This document shows, piece after piece, positions 14,651 through 25,074 of a stretch of 64,000 bases of DNA (its first letter is position 1; the number at the start of each line of letters is the position of its first letter). The notes beneath the pieces are model-generated. The model had not been told where the DNA came from, did no database searches, and saw nothing but the letters and a program-made list of their open reading frames with translations. A program made the translations under genes and the position numbers. Source of the DNA: Phoronis australis (Eukaryota > Animalia > Phoronida); assembly GCA_002633005.1 (NCBI GenBank), contig NMRA01000024.1, positions 999,248 to 1,063,247 of the forward strand, given 5' to 3'.

Positions 14651-14855
14651 GTATTATCACTGTTCCCGGTGGGGCTGGGGGCACCGTGATAGGCGGATAC
14701 ATCATCAAGAGGTTCAAGATGGGCTTTAGTCGAATAATGAAGATCAACCTTATTATGCACTTCCTTGTGGTACTTTTGATGGGAGAGTTCTTCATACGTT
14801 GCCCTAGTCTGCCATATGCCGGCATCAACACCACATACAACAGTGTCGTTTCCAG
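14651..14855 (+). CDS. SLCO4A1: SLCO4-like exon 5 (GIITVPGGAGGTVIGGYIIKRF...CPSLPYAGINTTY)
   Basis: ttcag acceptor; AG|GTATTG donor; GGxxGGYIIKR and C-x(5)-AG motifs. Confidence 0.94.
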
Positions 14856-14929
14856 GTATTGTGTTTGTCTATTCAGTTGATGCTTTAGTAGATATCTGTA
14901 ATCTGTATATAATGTATTACTATCGTTCC

Positions 14930-15093
14930 ATGCTTATCCTCGTGATACTTCTGAAGGGAGAGTTCTTCATACGTTGCCCTAGTCTGGCGTATGCCGGCAT
15001 CAACACCACATACTAGCAGTGTTGTCACCAGGTGCTGTGTTTGTCTGTGGAGGTGATGTTATTGTACATATGTGTATGTACTGTATAGACTAT
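14930..15093 (+). pseudogene. Decayed tandem duplicate of the 3' half of SLCO exon 5 plus its donor and intron start
   Basis: Copy of 14755-14925 (MLILVILLKGEFFIRCPSLAYAGINTTY*). A 1-nt insertion creates TAG, and the donor is changed from GTATTG to GTGCTG. Confidence 0.85.
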
Positions 15094-15541
15094 GACATGA
15101 AGAGGCAGCTATTTCCCATATCTAGACCCTTGTGGGATTTAAAGGAATTGTTGCCTTGGGGGCGCTCCCAGTCCTGCGTGATGTCTAGATCCGAGAAGTA
15201 ACTGTAACCCCCCACTCTGAGTACTAAACTCTGCAAAATTCACAAACCAAAAATGAAAATATCTGCACTTGAAGCCAGTCAATGCTATGTAGTGCAAGGG
15301 TCAATATTCCAATATCGCAGCATTCCCATCAAGTTAACACCTACAGGAAATATCTGTTTTGGTTATTACCCAGTAGTTATTTCTGGTTCAGGCTTCTGTC
15401 GCAGGATAAAATGTGTTACATCTGTGCCATGTACACCCTGGTGGTGTTAGTGACAGGAGAGTCTGCCATATGCTATCAGCAACACCCCGTTATGACAGTA
15501 GCCTCTATGTACTGTGTATTCCTAAGAACCAATAACTAGAT

Positions 15542-15685
15542 ATCTGTATAAAAACGTTTTTCACATTTTGTGACGTATTTTCAAGTTTGAAAAATCTTAC
15601 ACGAGCAAACTTGAAAATACGTCACAAAATGTGAAAAACGTTTTTATACAGATGAGACTGAAAAATCTTACACAAGCAGTCTCAT
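15542..15685. repeat. Perfect 48-bp inverted repeat plus an adjacent 9-bp inverted repeat sharing a 16-nt spacer
   Basis: Arms 15542-15589 and 15606-15653 are exact reverse complements. Second arms are 15652-15660 and 15677-15685. Both spacers read aaaaatcttacacRag. Confidence 0.95.
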
Positions 15686-16528
15686 TCATTTAAAGGCTTT
15701 TAGTTATAATTGTACTTTAATAGTATAGCTATGTTGACAAAACAGCTGTCTTTTCAAATGGAGATTTACTTCTTTGTTATGGCTTGCATGCTTTACGAAT
15801 TTTAGTGATAAAGTCACGAACATTTTCCAAGTAGTTCCTTTCTCTGTGTTCATTACATTATTGATCAGTACCTTTAATTTTTTGAATTTTATTTTCCTAT
15901 TTTGTGGTAAATTTGCTGCTGGGAATGAGAAACTTAACTAATTCATCAAGTGGTGCTGTGTCCGCTTACATAAACCATTCAGGTTATCATGACAGAGGTA
16001 CACTTATTCCACTAGTCACTTCCTTGTGGGGAAACAGCTTATGGTTTTTAATATATTCAGATTATTAAACCAGGTCCTTTTCATCATTGCGGGCACCAAG
16101 TGATTATCAACTCTCCTCCTTTTGTCACTAAAGCAACTTTCAATTTAGACCACTTGCCATTGTAAAATTGGTCTCAAATTGTTCCTAAGGGAGTGAAAAT
16201 AGATTTGATTTCTTGGCTTGGAAAGGAAAAGACAGTTCGTCATGATTGGTTCAGATCAGCCTCTACAAGTCGACTTGTCACGGGGTGTTATTTTATTCAT
16301 CGATCATGCATCCATGGTTTCGAGTAATAATGAACTGTCAGTTCGTTGCAAGATCAAAAACAACTTCTTGTGTGAGTATAAAGAATAAGTTGAGACCAAC
16401 TTTGTTGTGATAAAAAGTGTTTGTAATCGAAGGTCACTTTTTTCGACGGAACATGGGTTAATGGCCACTTCAGGAAATTACTGTTATATGACACGTAGAG
16501 CACTGAATTGTCTGTTCTCTGTTTCCAG

Positions 16529-16673
16529 TAACTACACTCTGTTGGAGTCCTGCAATGCCCACTGTGGTTGTTCCGAGTTCAGGTTTGAGCCGATCTGTGG
16601 ACAAAACAACATTATGTACTATTCCCCCTGTCACGCTGGCTGCTTGGGCTACAATATCACGGCCACAGAAAAG
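16529..16673 (+). CDS. SLCO4A1: SLCO4-like exon 6, Kazal-like extracellular loop (CNAHCGC...FEPICGQNNIMYYSPCHAGC)
   Basis: ttccag acceptor; AAG|GTACGT donor; cysteine pattern of the OATP Kazal-like domain. Confidence 0.95.
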
Positions 16674-17607
16674 GTACGTCATGTTTTGTCTCTCAGGTCT
16701 TCACTATTTGGATCTGATTTTAAGTTAGTCTGCTCTGCTTTTGAAGTTGTTCCCGGCGCCACTTGTGGTTGGATTTGTTCCCCAGCATATCACCATGTTG
16801 TCATAAAATATTGCAATGTTTTTTGATAAAATTTCACCCTTAACTCATCGTCTCAAATATGCTTTTCTGCAGGATCCCATCTTAAGGGTTATTCTTGTTC
16901 TGAATAATCTGATGAGTTTAACGTTTCGTTGGTCATGTCTCAAGATATTGCTATTTGTGTTTGATTTGTTTGATCAGTGTTATAGTATAATTTACTAGAA
17001 AAAGTCTTTAAATTGTGAAATTATAAAATTTGCATACGACTGTCTTTTTCCTTTTGCGTCATCTTCAATTGGCCCATTTACTTGTCTGACTCGCTGTTCA
17101 TTAGTATAATTGCTGAACAATCGCATGTTGGCAGAACTCTATACTGACTTCATTCCACGACATTAACTTGTTTAATATTATAATGTCCTCCCTGTTTCTC
17201 CTAAAGCTCATGGCACAGCTTTTCTTTTCCGTAAATCATTGGCGTCGACGAATTGTCTAACGTTATTCTCTTACAATATCCCAGTTAGTGGATCTCTTGC
17301 GACATGGTGACGTTCTGTGTCAAATCTTGCTTGCCCTAAATGCCGTGACATTTTGAAAATTTTGTGAAAAAAAATGTGATAAATTTATTGAGCCAAGTAG
17401 GCTGTTAGTGTTTTATTGTGTTTACAGTTATTTGATGCTACATCAGGTGATGGTTCATTTCTTTTCACAAAATATGAAACTATGGAATTCATTATTATCA
17501 GTGACAAATATTGTGTTTCGCATATGTGACACAACCAAAGTTGATGTGCAAAAAGCACAGAATGTGCCCCTATTTTAATTTTAATATATTCCATATTTTT
17601 GTCCTAG

Positions 17608-17777
17608 AACTTCTACAACTGCAGCTGCATTCCAACCAGGAACCAAAGCCTGCCTGAGGCGACCTCTACAGTTTGTGAATCAGACTGCACTTTGCTGCCG
17701 CTGTTTCTTGTCATCTTCTTCATCACCATGTTCTTCACATTTTTTGCCAGCATCTGCTCTGTCAACGCCACCTTGAG
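17608..17777 (+). CDS. SLCO4A1: SLCO4-like exon 7 (NFYNCSCI...CESDCTLLPLFLVIFFITMFFTFF...ATLR), absent from the ORF track
   Basis: cctag acceptor; AG|GTAGGT donor; YNCSCI motif; phase 0 to 2. Confidence 0.93.
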
Positions 17778-17980
17778 GTAGGTTTCAATTTGTTCTAGTC
17801 CAAAGCAAGGTTTAGCAAATCACAACAGGCAAGTTTCATAACTGTCTTTGAACTGGCTATCAAAAAATTGTTAACGAAATGGATTTAATCATTGAATGAC
17901 AGTTAGAAATATTTTTAATCCTTTCAACTGGATCGCTATTTTGTAATCATTTCTTATTATATTTTATTTTGCGATTTCAG

Positions 17981-18045
17981 AGTTGTTTCCACAGCCCAAA
18001 AATCCAACGGAATTGCCTTCCAGTGGATATTTCTAAGACTTCTTG
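17981..18045 (+). CDS. SLCO4A1: SLCO4-like exon 8 (VVSTAQKSNGIAFQWIFLRLL), absent from the ORF track
   Basis: tttcag acceptor; G|GTGAGT donor; phase 2 to 1; conserved KS...Q.....R.LG helix. Confidence 0.92.
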
Positions 18046-18147
18046 GTGAGTTCAGTTCACAGTGCACGTACTGGCAACTCTATGTAGCGTTTTGTCACGG
18101 AACTGTCTTATTTCTACAATTCCAACTTCCATACTAACGTCGACACA

Positions 18148-18550
18148 TCGATGTTTTGGGGAGTTGCGGTCATTATGAATGGTTAACTTCAGTCCTTGAC
18201 CAAAGTTACAGCACCAGTTAACTTTGCAGTAAACAAATGGATTTAACAGCGGAGTGTCGATGCTGAAATAGGGTATTAATATTCAACTTCGGCCTCATCA
18301 AAGTTATCGTCAGGGGCTACTGCTATCGTCAACCATTAAAAGGCAGTGTCGTCACATACAGTTGCCTGTATTTTGTTCGAATAATCATGAATGGAATTAA
18401 AAATAAGTTGTATATCAATTAGCATACGTTAATGCCCTCAAATTGTCGCATTGAAAAAAAAATTAGCATGCACGGCATGCATCAGCATTACCTTTGCGAT
18501 TACTTCGATGACGACAGCGTCACCTACGGTTCACTTTGTTGCTGTTAACT
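18148..18550 (+). repeat. Dispersed repeat of about 400 bp, copy 1
   Basis: Colinear with 62957-63350 (tcgatgttttggggagtt...ggagtgtcgatgctg...gcagtgtcgtcac...gcgattacttcgatgac...ctgttaact). Confidence 0.85.
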
Positions 18551-19848
18551 ACAGAAGCTGACATGAACGATTCAATTAACTTTGCAGTGCAGTTTGCATC
18601 GACGCTCTGCTAATACCGTAGTTAAGTTACTATGAAAGGAGGTATTCAAAGCAGCCTTCATAAGTAGGAAGCATTCTACATAGTCCCAACTCTGAAGCAT
18701 GGTGCAGCAACAGTGTCTTTCATTTGACCTAGTTTCTAATTGTGAGCCAGACAAGGAAAGATGAAACGCGATGTCTTTCAGTCTCCAGCATTTTGAGGCA
18801 TGTGTGATTCATTTAAATACCGAGTTACCACGCAAAAGAACTAAGAGATTCCTATCAGGCAGATGAGTACCCACTTGTCAGTCATCCTGCAGCATCTGTA
18901 AGATATCAGGATAGTCGATTCAGGTCCATAAGGCATGACGCTTTCTCCTATATTTGTGAGATTGTCTGCATTCACATTGCCGCCAGTTCCTAGAAAAATC
19001 TTCAGCAAGTAGTTAGAGACAGTTCTCATGACCTCAGGCTTGTTAGACTCATCAATGAGCTATACCAAATGGACTCATTATGCAAGCATGGACACAGCAA
19101 GAATCTGATCGACTACTAGGCAACTATAGGTACGCACCCTGTCACTCGCCCAATGAGTATCTCTTAGTTCTTGTAGATAAGCTAAGGAGAAGTTTGCCAA
19201 CATGATCTAACCAAAAAATAGCTGAGTGTTGCAAAAAGAACACTGACACGTGATCCAAATTCTAAAATGTCACTGTAACCTAGCCCAACACAGGTACATC
19301 ATAGGTTAGATGGTAACTCAATGTTCTATGGTACTGATGCTGAAACACGTAAACATCTGGTAGAGTCTTTCCCAGCTTTTCATTGGCTGAGGAGCAAGCA
19401 CATGGATGGCACCATTGCAAGCCTACAACATATGGAAAAGCATGTCTATGTTCTTAAAAAATACAGGCTGACTTGAAAATTTTGTGCGTGAAGAATCTGT
19501 TGCCCAATAGGAGGGCTCTTGTGAGTTTAGCTCTGGTGTTTCGTGCAGTGGGCCCAAACATGATGTTTGCACAAGTATGATGCGCCACATAAGGCATCAG
19601 ACCACGTGCACTTTTTGTGGTACATTATGCAGTTAAACATGTGTAATAGTCTGATATAACGAGCCCGAATTTTGAGAACCATTTTTCTCCACTGAATATC
19701 GGGCATCAAACTGGTTTTCAAAATACAGGCACGTTATTTCTGACTATTGCCTAAACAAGTAGAGCTAGGTCAGCTGGTGAGCATGAATTATTTGACATCT
19801 ACCTGTTCATGCTGTTCAAGAAGGCTGATTCATTAAGTTCCATTTCAG

Positions 19849-20150
19849 GTGCTATCCCGGCCCCACTGATATTCGGTGCCACCCTTGACAGTACATGCAT
19901 CCTGTGGGACACTAGCTGTGACTCGGGCACGGATGCCTCCTGTCTTCTCTATGATTCGGCCACAATGGGCCACTATATGCTTCTCATCTGTGGCGTGATG
20001 AAGACAGGAACTATTGTTTTTGTCGCGCTCGCGTGGAAACTCTATAAGCCGCCCACCAGAAAGTTGCTGGAGGACTCGCTTAATGTGATGTCACTCGACG
20101 TCTCCACGACTTCGACAGTGTCAACAGAGACTGTCAATACGATTCTGTGA
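19849..20150 (+). CDS. SLCO4A1: SLCO4-like terminal exon 9 (GAIPAPLIFGATLDSTCILW...ETVNTIL*)
   Basis: tttcag acceptor; IPxPxxFG..D..C..W..C motif; TGA at 20148-20150. The spliced CDS is 2064 nt = 687 aa + stop. Confidence 0.95.
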
Positions 20151-20239
20151 GAACATCATGGCGAGTGGTGTGAATACGCGAATTTATCTTTCTACTCAAA
20201 CTCAGGCTCACCTTAATCCTGCTCATGGGGGGTTAAATT

Positions 20240-20456
20240 TGAAGAGTCTCATCGCAAAATGAGGTGTCGGCCAAATTTGAAATTTTGATGTGACTAGTGT
20301 GTATAGCATTTTGGATAGAAATTCAGTGTGGGGAGTATTAGGTATTGCTGAAAAAGCGATTAAATATTGAGTGGTCATATGGATCAACAATCTTGAAGTT
20401 ATTGGCGCTAAAATTTCAAAATTGGTGGACTTCAGGTTTTGAAATGAAACTCTTCA
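20240..20456. mobile_element. MITE with imperfect terminal inverted repeats, just 3' of the SLCO stop
   Basis: tgaagagtctcatcgcaaaa...aatttgaaattttg versus aaaatttcaaaattgg...ttttgaaatgaaactcttca. Confidence 0.6.
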
Positions 20457-20488
20457 TTTCTATGTTAATTGATGCAGTAGTAGGATAC

Positions 20489-20566
20489 GATGTGCTCACA
20501 TTTTGAGAACCAGTTTGATGCCCATTATTCAGTGGAGGAAACTGGTTCTCAAAATGTGGGCGCGTC
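20489..20566. repeat. Short palindromic dispersed element, copy 1
   Basis: Perfect 20-bp arms at 20497-20516 and 20539-20558 around the loop gatgcccattattcagtggagg. Homologous copy at 55081-55190. Confidence 0.8.
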
Positions 20567-21224
20567 AGTCCAACTTTTACCAACTATTGAAGCAAAACCT
20601 CCATGATTTTGCCCACTGAATATTTAATGTGCTCTATTGAACTAAGGGTCCTATCTGTATTCTTGAAGCAAGTTAGAAAGAGTTTATGATGTGGAAATAA
20701 CTAAAATTGAAGCACTTTTGTGTGGAAAACAGAATTCTCTCTAATGAGAAAATTTCACATCTAATCATACTTGGGCTGTCACAGACTAAGCTATATACCA
20801 GATGCTTTAGTGTAGTAGGATTCAGGCTCTCTTTGATTTCTATTAGAACAGGTAGGGGTAGAAGTTTTGGGTTGGGGGTCAAAGATCATTACACTGTGTC
20901 ATGCTCAGGATTATTTCCTTCAGGTTGTAGAGAGGGAAATATGAATTTCGTGTAATGCTATCATTGGTTATTCTATGTACAGAATAAGAATGGCATTAAG
21001 TCACTATCTCTGTGCGCGTCTACAGGGTATTGGGTATAACGCTCGGTAAGCCAGGATGTATAACAAATCTCATACTGGATGACTTTCCAGACACATGCCA
21101 CAAACTTTTGCTGATACATTTTTTTCAGTTGAGGCAGGCACTCCAAATTTTGCAGACTAATAGCTAGTATTTTCTGAAACTAAAAAGCTTCTAGAAATTG
21201 TTTTTGGCTTTTCAATTGGCCAAA

Positions 21225-21461
21225 TTAATTTGATAAAAGCGTTCAGGATGCTATCTCAAAGAGTAGTTACACTTTTCTAAATTATTTTGTTTTTGTTGTA
21301 TGCAACTATTATTTTTAATGAAAATCATAATAAAAGCCCTATTTGACCTAACTTATTTGATATAAACGTTTAGGATGCTATCTCAAAAAGTAGTTATAGT
21401 TATCTAAATCATTTTGTTTGTTGTAAGCAACTATTATTTTTTGTGAAAATCATAATAAAAG
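21225..21461 (+). repeat. Tandem duplication of about 127 bp, each unit ending in AATAAA
   Basis: ggatgctatctcaaa..gtagtta...gcaactattattttt..tgaaaatcataataaaag occurs twice. Confidence 0.85.
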
Positions 21462-23380
21462 TCGTGTTTTTTATATCCCTCATGCGAAAGTGGGAAATTC
21501 AAAAATAATTACTATGTTTTTTGTAGAACATTGCATAATGCATGGTATATGAAAGTTTGATATGAATTGGATCAATCATTTATGAGATCTCATGTTCCAA
21601 TCATAGCCAAGTTTGGACTCTGCAAGTTTCGTATGAATCCAGTCAGCCATTTCTGAGATCTCGTGTTCCAACTGTAGCCAAATTTGGATGTTTTTCTCGG
21701 TCCCACGTAATCTTGAAATTCTGTACTCATCACACCTTCAAGATTTAAAATTGTCTGAGGGATAATATTATCATGAATATACAGTTGTGCAAATCATTCA
21801 GTATACTTACAGATGATAGATTTTTCATAGGTCATAATACGACTTAACCGTGGTTGACTCTTTTGGGAGTTTTTGACGATGGCTTAAAAAGTTGGCTGTT
21901 ACAGCTGATGATGTTTGGTTTTGGATGAGTGCCTTGTGCAAGAATAGTCTCTTTTTTGTTATCGACTTTTAGATAATCTTTTGTCAGTTATTGTCTGCTT
22001 CTTTACTGCTCTGTGAGTGAGATTCAGAGATATATTTTTCAGTTGGGAATTTTTATAGAGCAAATTGGAAAATATTACTTTATGATAATAGTAAGTTGCA
22101 CCAGTCAGATCAGTAGGCTGAGTAAAGTGAATTCTGACTCATCTGAAGGATTGAGAGCGCAAACTTTAACTACTGTTTAGCAGAGTTTGTTGGAGTTAGG
22201 CAAAGATCAAACTTATAAGTTCAGATTTACAAGTGTTTTACCTGTCGTGTGTCAGGCTCTGGTCTCCCCACTGAGTTGTACGTTCCAGCTGTTGTGCTTG
22301 GAGAATTGAGTGTTTACGGCAGGTAATGCAGCCAGTGAAACAAGTTTGTTGCTATAATTGGATTTTATATTGTGCCTGGTTTGAAGATGTACAGGTGCGT
22401 GTATGCAAATAGTAATGTGAAATTATGATATGGCCATTCACATGGTTTGTACAAGATGGCTTTGGAAACTACTGCGTCAAGGATCCTTGAAGAAAACGCA
22501 GGAAGACAGCTTTCATGGATTTATCTCAGCGTAAACATATGCTGTTGTGAAGCCCTTTACAGTTGAGACGGATAGTATGTGATGTGACAGCCTGTCAGTT
22601 CAAGGTGTTTCTCTCAATGAAAGCAACAGTCCTTTTAATGGTTGACTTGATACTCACTAGGTGGCACTCTCTCCTTGACATCTGCACCAGGATGTTCTAG
22701 GGCTTGTGATAAGGGACCCATGTGAGTATACCAATGCAGGTTTTTCTCCACCGACCCTTGCTTCAGTGGCGACACCTAGTGAATTTCAAGTTACCCATTC
22801 TGAACTTCTTCTCATTTTGTTGCCAATACTGTCAGAAGCTTTAAAAACTCATAAACATTCCAATAAAGAACTCCAACCAGTGCTGCAAAAATTGTTGGAA
22901 TTCTATGATCTTGAAATTACCTCTTTTTGTTTTAGTGTGTATTGTTTGATATTTATACATTATTTTGAAGATCTTCATTTTGTGATTAAAATGACTTTGG
23001 TATTGTATTTCTACAGTCCTTGTTGATTTTACCCTAAGGCTTGTGAAGAACTTACTAGTGGACAAAAATGCTCCCTTTAATATTGCAAAGCTTCTAACAG
23101 ACTCCTGGGTTTCCAGTAGAAATCACTCTGTGTTCTATAGGGGGCACTGAAATCGATAAACACCTAGTCCCATCCACTGGGGCCTACTGTGATACCTTTG
23201 TGGCCTTGGAGCGAGGTTGGAAAAGGAAATTTTTTTGTGTACTTATAGCTTCAATAGGTAATTTCAGTGAAATTGACAGAAATAGAAATGATCCACCGTA
23301 GTTTTGGCCAGAGAGAAGCAGAGCAGTCAACTGAAGAAAATTTGAGGTTTTGGGGTCTGTTCATTGACATTTGGCTCTGC

Positions 23381-23826
23381 TGGGGCCTGTTTCTCGAAAA
23401 CCGTTCGTTTTTACACAAAGCCCTAAGCGGAGACTTAGATCAGTGTCGGTTTAAACATTTCCCCTATGTACTAGTTATACGTGCTTTGAGGTTGTCGTAA
23501 AATCCACAATTTACAACAAAAAGGGATAATCGTGTTGTGCACAGGAACACATGAAGCGCACGCAGGCACCACCAAGTAATTTTGCTTATGTCTACTCTTT
23601 AAATAGGGAATCTCTAAAACAACCGGAGACTCCTCTAAAGCATATTTGAAATCTGTAAACCCCGGTTCTCTATGAGAAGCTATGCTATGGAGATTTGTTC
23701 ATTTTTCTACCTTAAAGTTTCCAATGTTAGTTTTACTCTTGATATGCTGGACCCAAAGTTTATTGCCGAATAGAATCGGCATCGAAGTTTCCTCACTAGG
23801 TGTCAGTTTTGTTTAGGAAAGGCCCA
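23381..23826. mobile_element. Harbinger-type MITE (related copy at about 13543-13762)
   Basis: Begins ggggcctgtttctcgaaa and ends tttaggaaaggccc, an imperfect TIR. Confidence 0.4.
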
Positions 23827-24452
23827 TTCCGTAAGAATCTCTTTGGTGTATTTTTTAACATTTACAACAAAGTATAGGTTTTATTATGAGTTTGGAGATA
23901 TATTGGGTTTAAGTTGTGCACATCGAATCATTGTTGTTAACATTTATCGAAATTCCACCGTCTAATAATCACGGAAAGGTTTGTTTTTATTCTCTGCTGG
24001 TCACGAAATAAATTTTTATTAATCCACATGGTGTTGTCATTAAATGTGCGTACTCACCTAGCTATGCTTGTGTTATTTCTCCCAAGTTCTGTCAAGTAAA
24101 ATTTGATTTTGGCCACTTTCAGCTGAGGTGTAATTTTCCCACCACTTAAATTATGACAGCAAGTGACCCAAAATTGAAAGTAATTTTTAACAGATAAATT
24201 TCGTATCTGGACACTGTAAAATCGAATTTTATATTGATTTTCTGCTCATGTTCGGTGTGCGTATTTCCAAAGGCACGTCCATAATTAAACTGTTAAAATA
24301 CTTCAATTAGACTGTGAATCGTATAATAAAAATGCATTCCTTCAACAACAGAATGGTACTTGCCGACTTTTACGTAATATGCGCCACATACCCTGATAAT
24401 GGCATTTTGTCAATACAAATGCAATCGTGTTATACCCGCAAAAGAAGACTAT

Positions 24453-24787
24453 GGAATCACATGCCTTTATCACCCGCTCGCCATGACGAGTGGCTGATAA
24501 AGGTGCCAGTGGTAGAATGAATGGTGACGCAAACTAGGGGAGGAGTTTGGTGACAAGGACGTGATTCGTAACCTCCCAGACAGCATGCCTAGAGTGTGTG
24601 GTGCGAAGTTTGGGCTATACATAGGGGGCATCGCGAAATTGGTGAAGATCGTGAAAAGGGAAAACGCAAAGTTGATGGTTACCGCCGGGTCGGAAAGTGC
24701 CGGGTGTGGAACTGACTGGCGGAGGGCCCGGCGTTATTCAGGGCCGGTACGCCATGGCGGAGTTGGCGGGTGATCTGAACATAATCC
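24453..24787. other. Palindrome-bounded G-rich element of unknown class
   Basis: 44-bp near-perfect palindrome at 24462-24505; half-copy cgccatggcggagttggcgggtgat at 24750-24774; strong G/C strand skew. Confidence 0.6.
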
Positions 24788-25074
24788 TACGTAGCCCACA
24801 TTAATAGTAACAAGGTAAGTGATAAACCAACTTCCTTCTCGAGAACGAACTTGATCTGCAAATTTTCTCTCTGGCCCGGCATTCAGACGTCAGTAGATTC
24901 AGAAGGGTCCAAAAGCACGTGACTGACCCACATTCCCGGTCAATAACTTGAAGTGCATTGTTTCAATGAAGAAATTTTAATGTCAGTTTGACTTTTTTAG
25001 GAACTACGCAGATATTTTAATTCACTCGAAAACCGCGGTTGCCACCCGCCTTAGGCCTATAGACACCGACCATA

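Noticed and set aside
16908-16945. CTGATGA next to ACGTTTCG as a hammerhead ribozyme
   Set aside because: The two core halves are on opposite strands and no stems I-III can be built.
24453-24787. 7SK, RNase P/MRP or telomerase RNA
   Set aside because: No paired CR-I/CR-V motifs, no CUAACCCU template, and internal T4 runs on the minus strand. Kept only as an unknown element.
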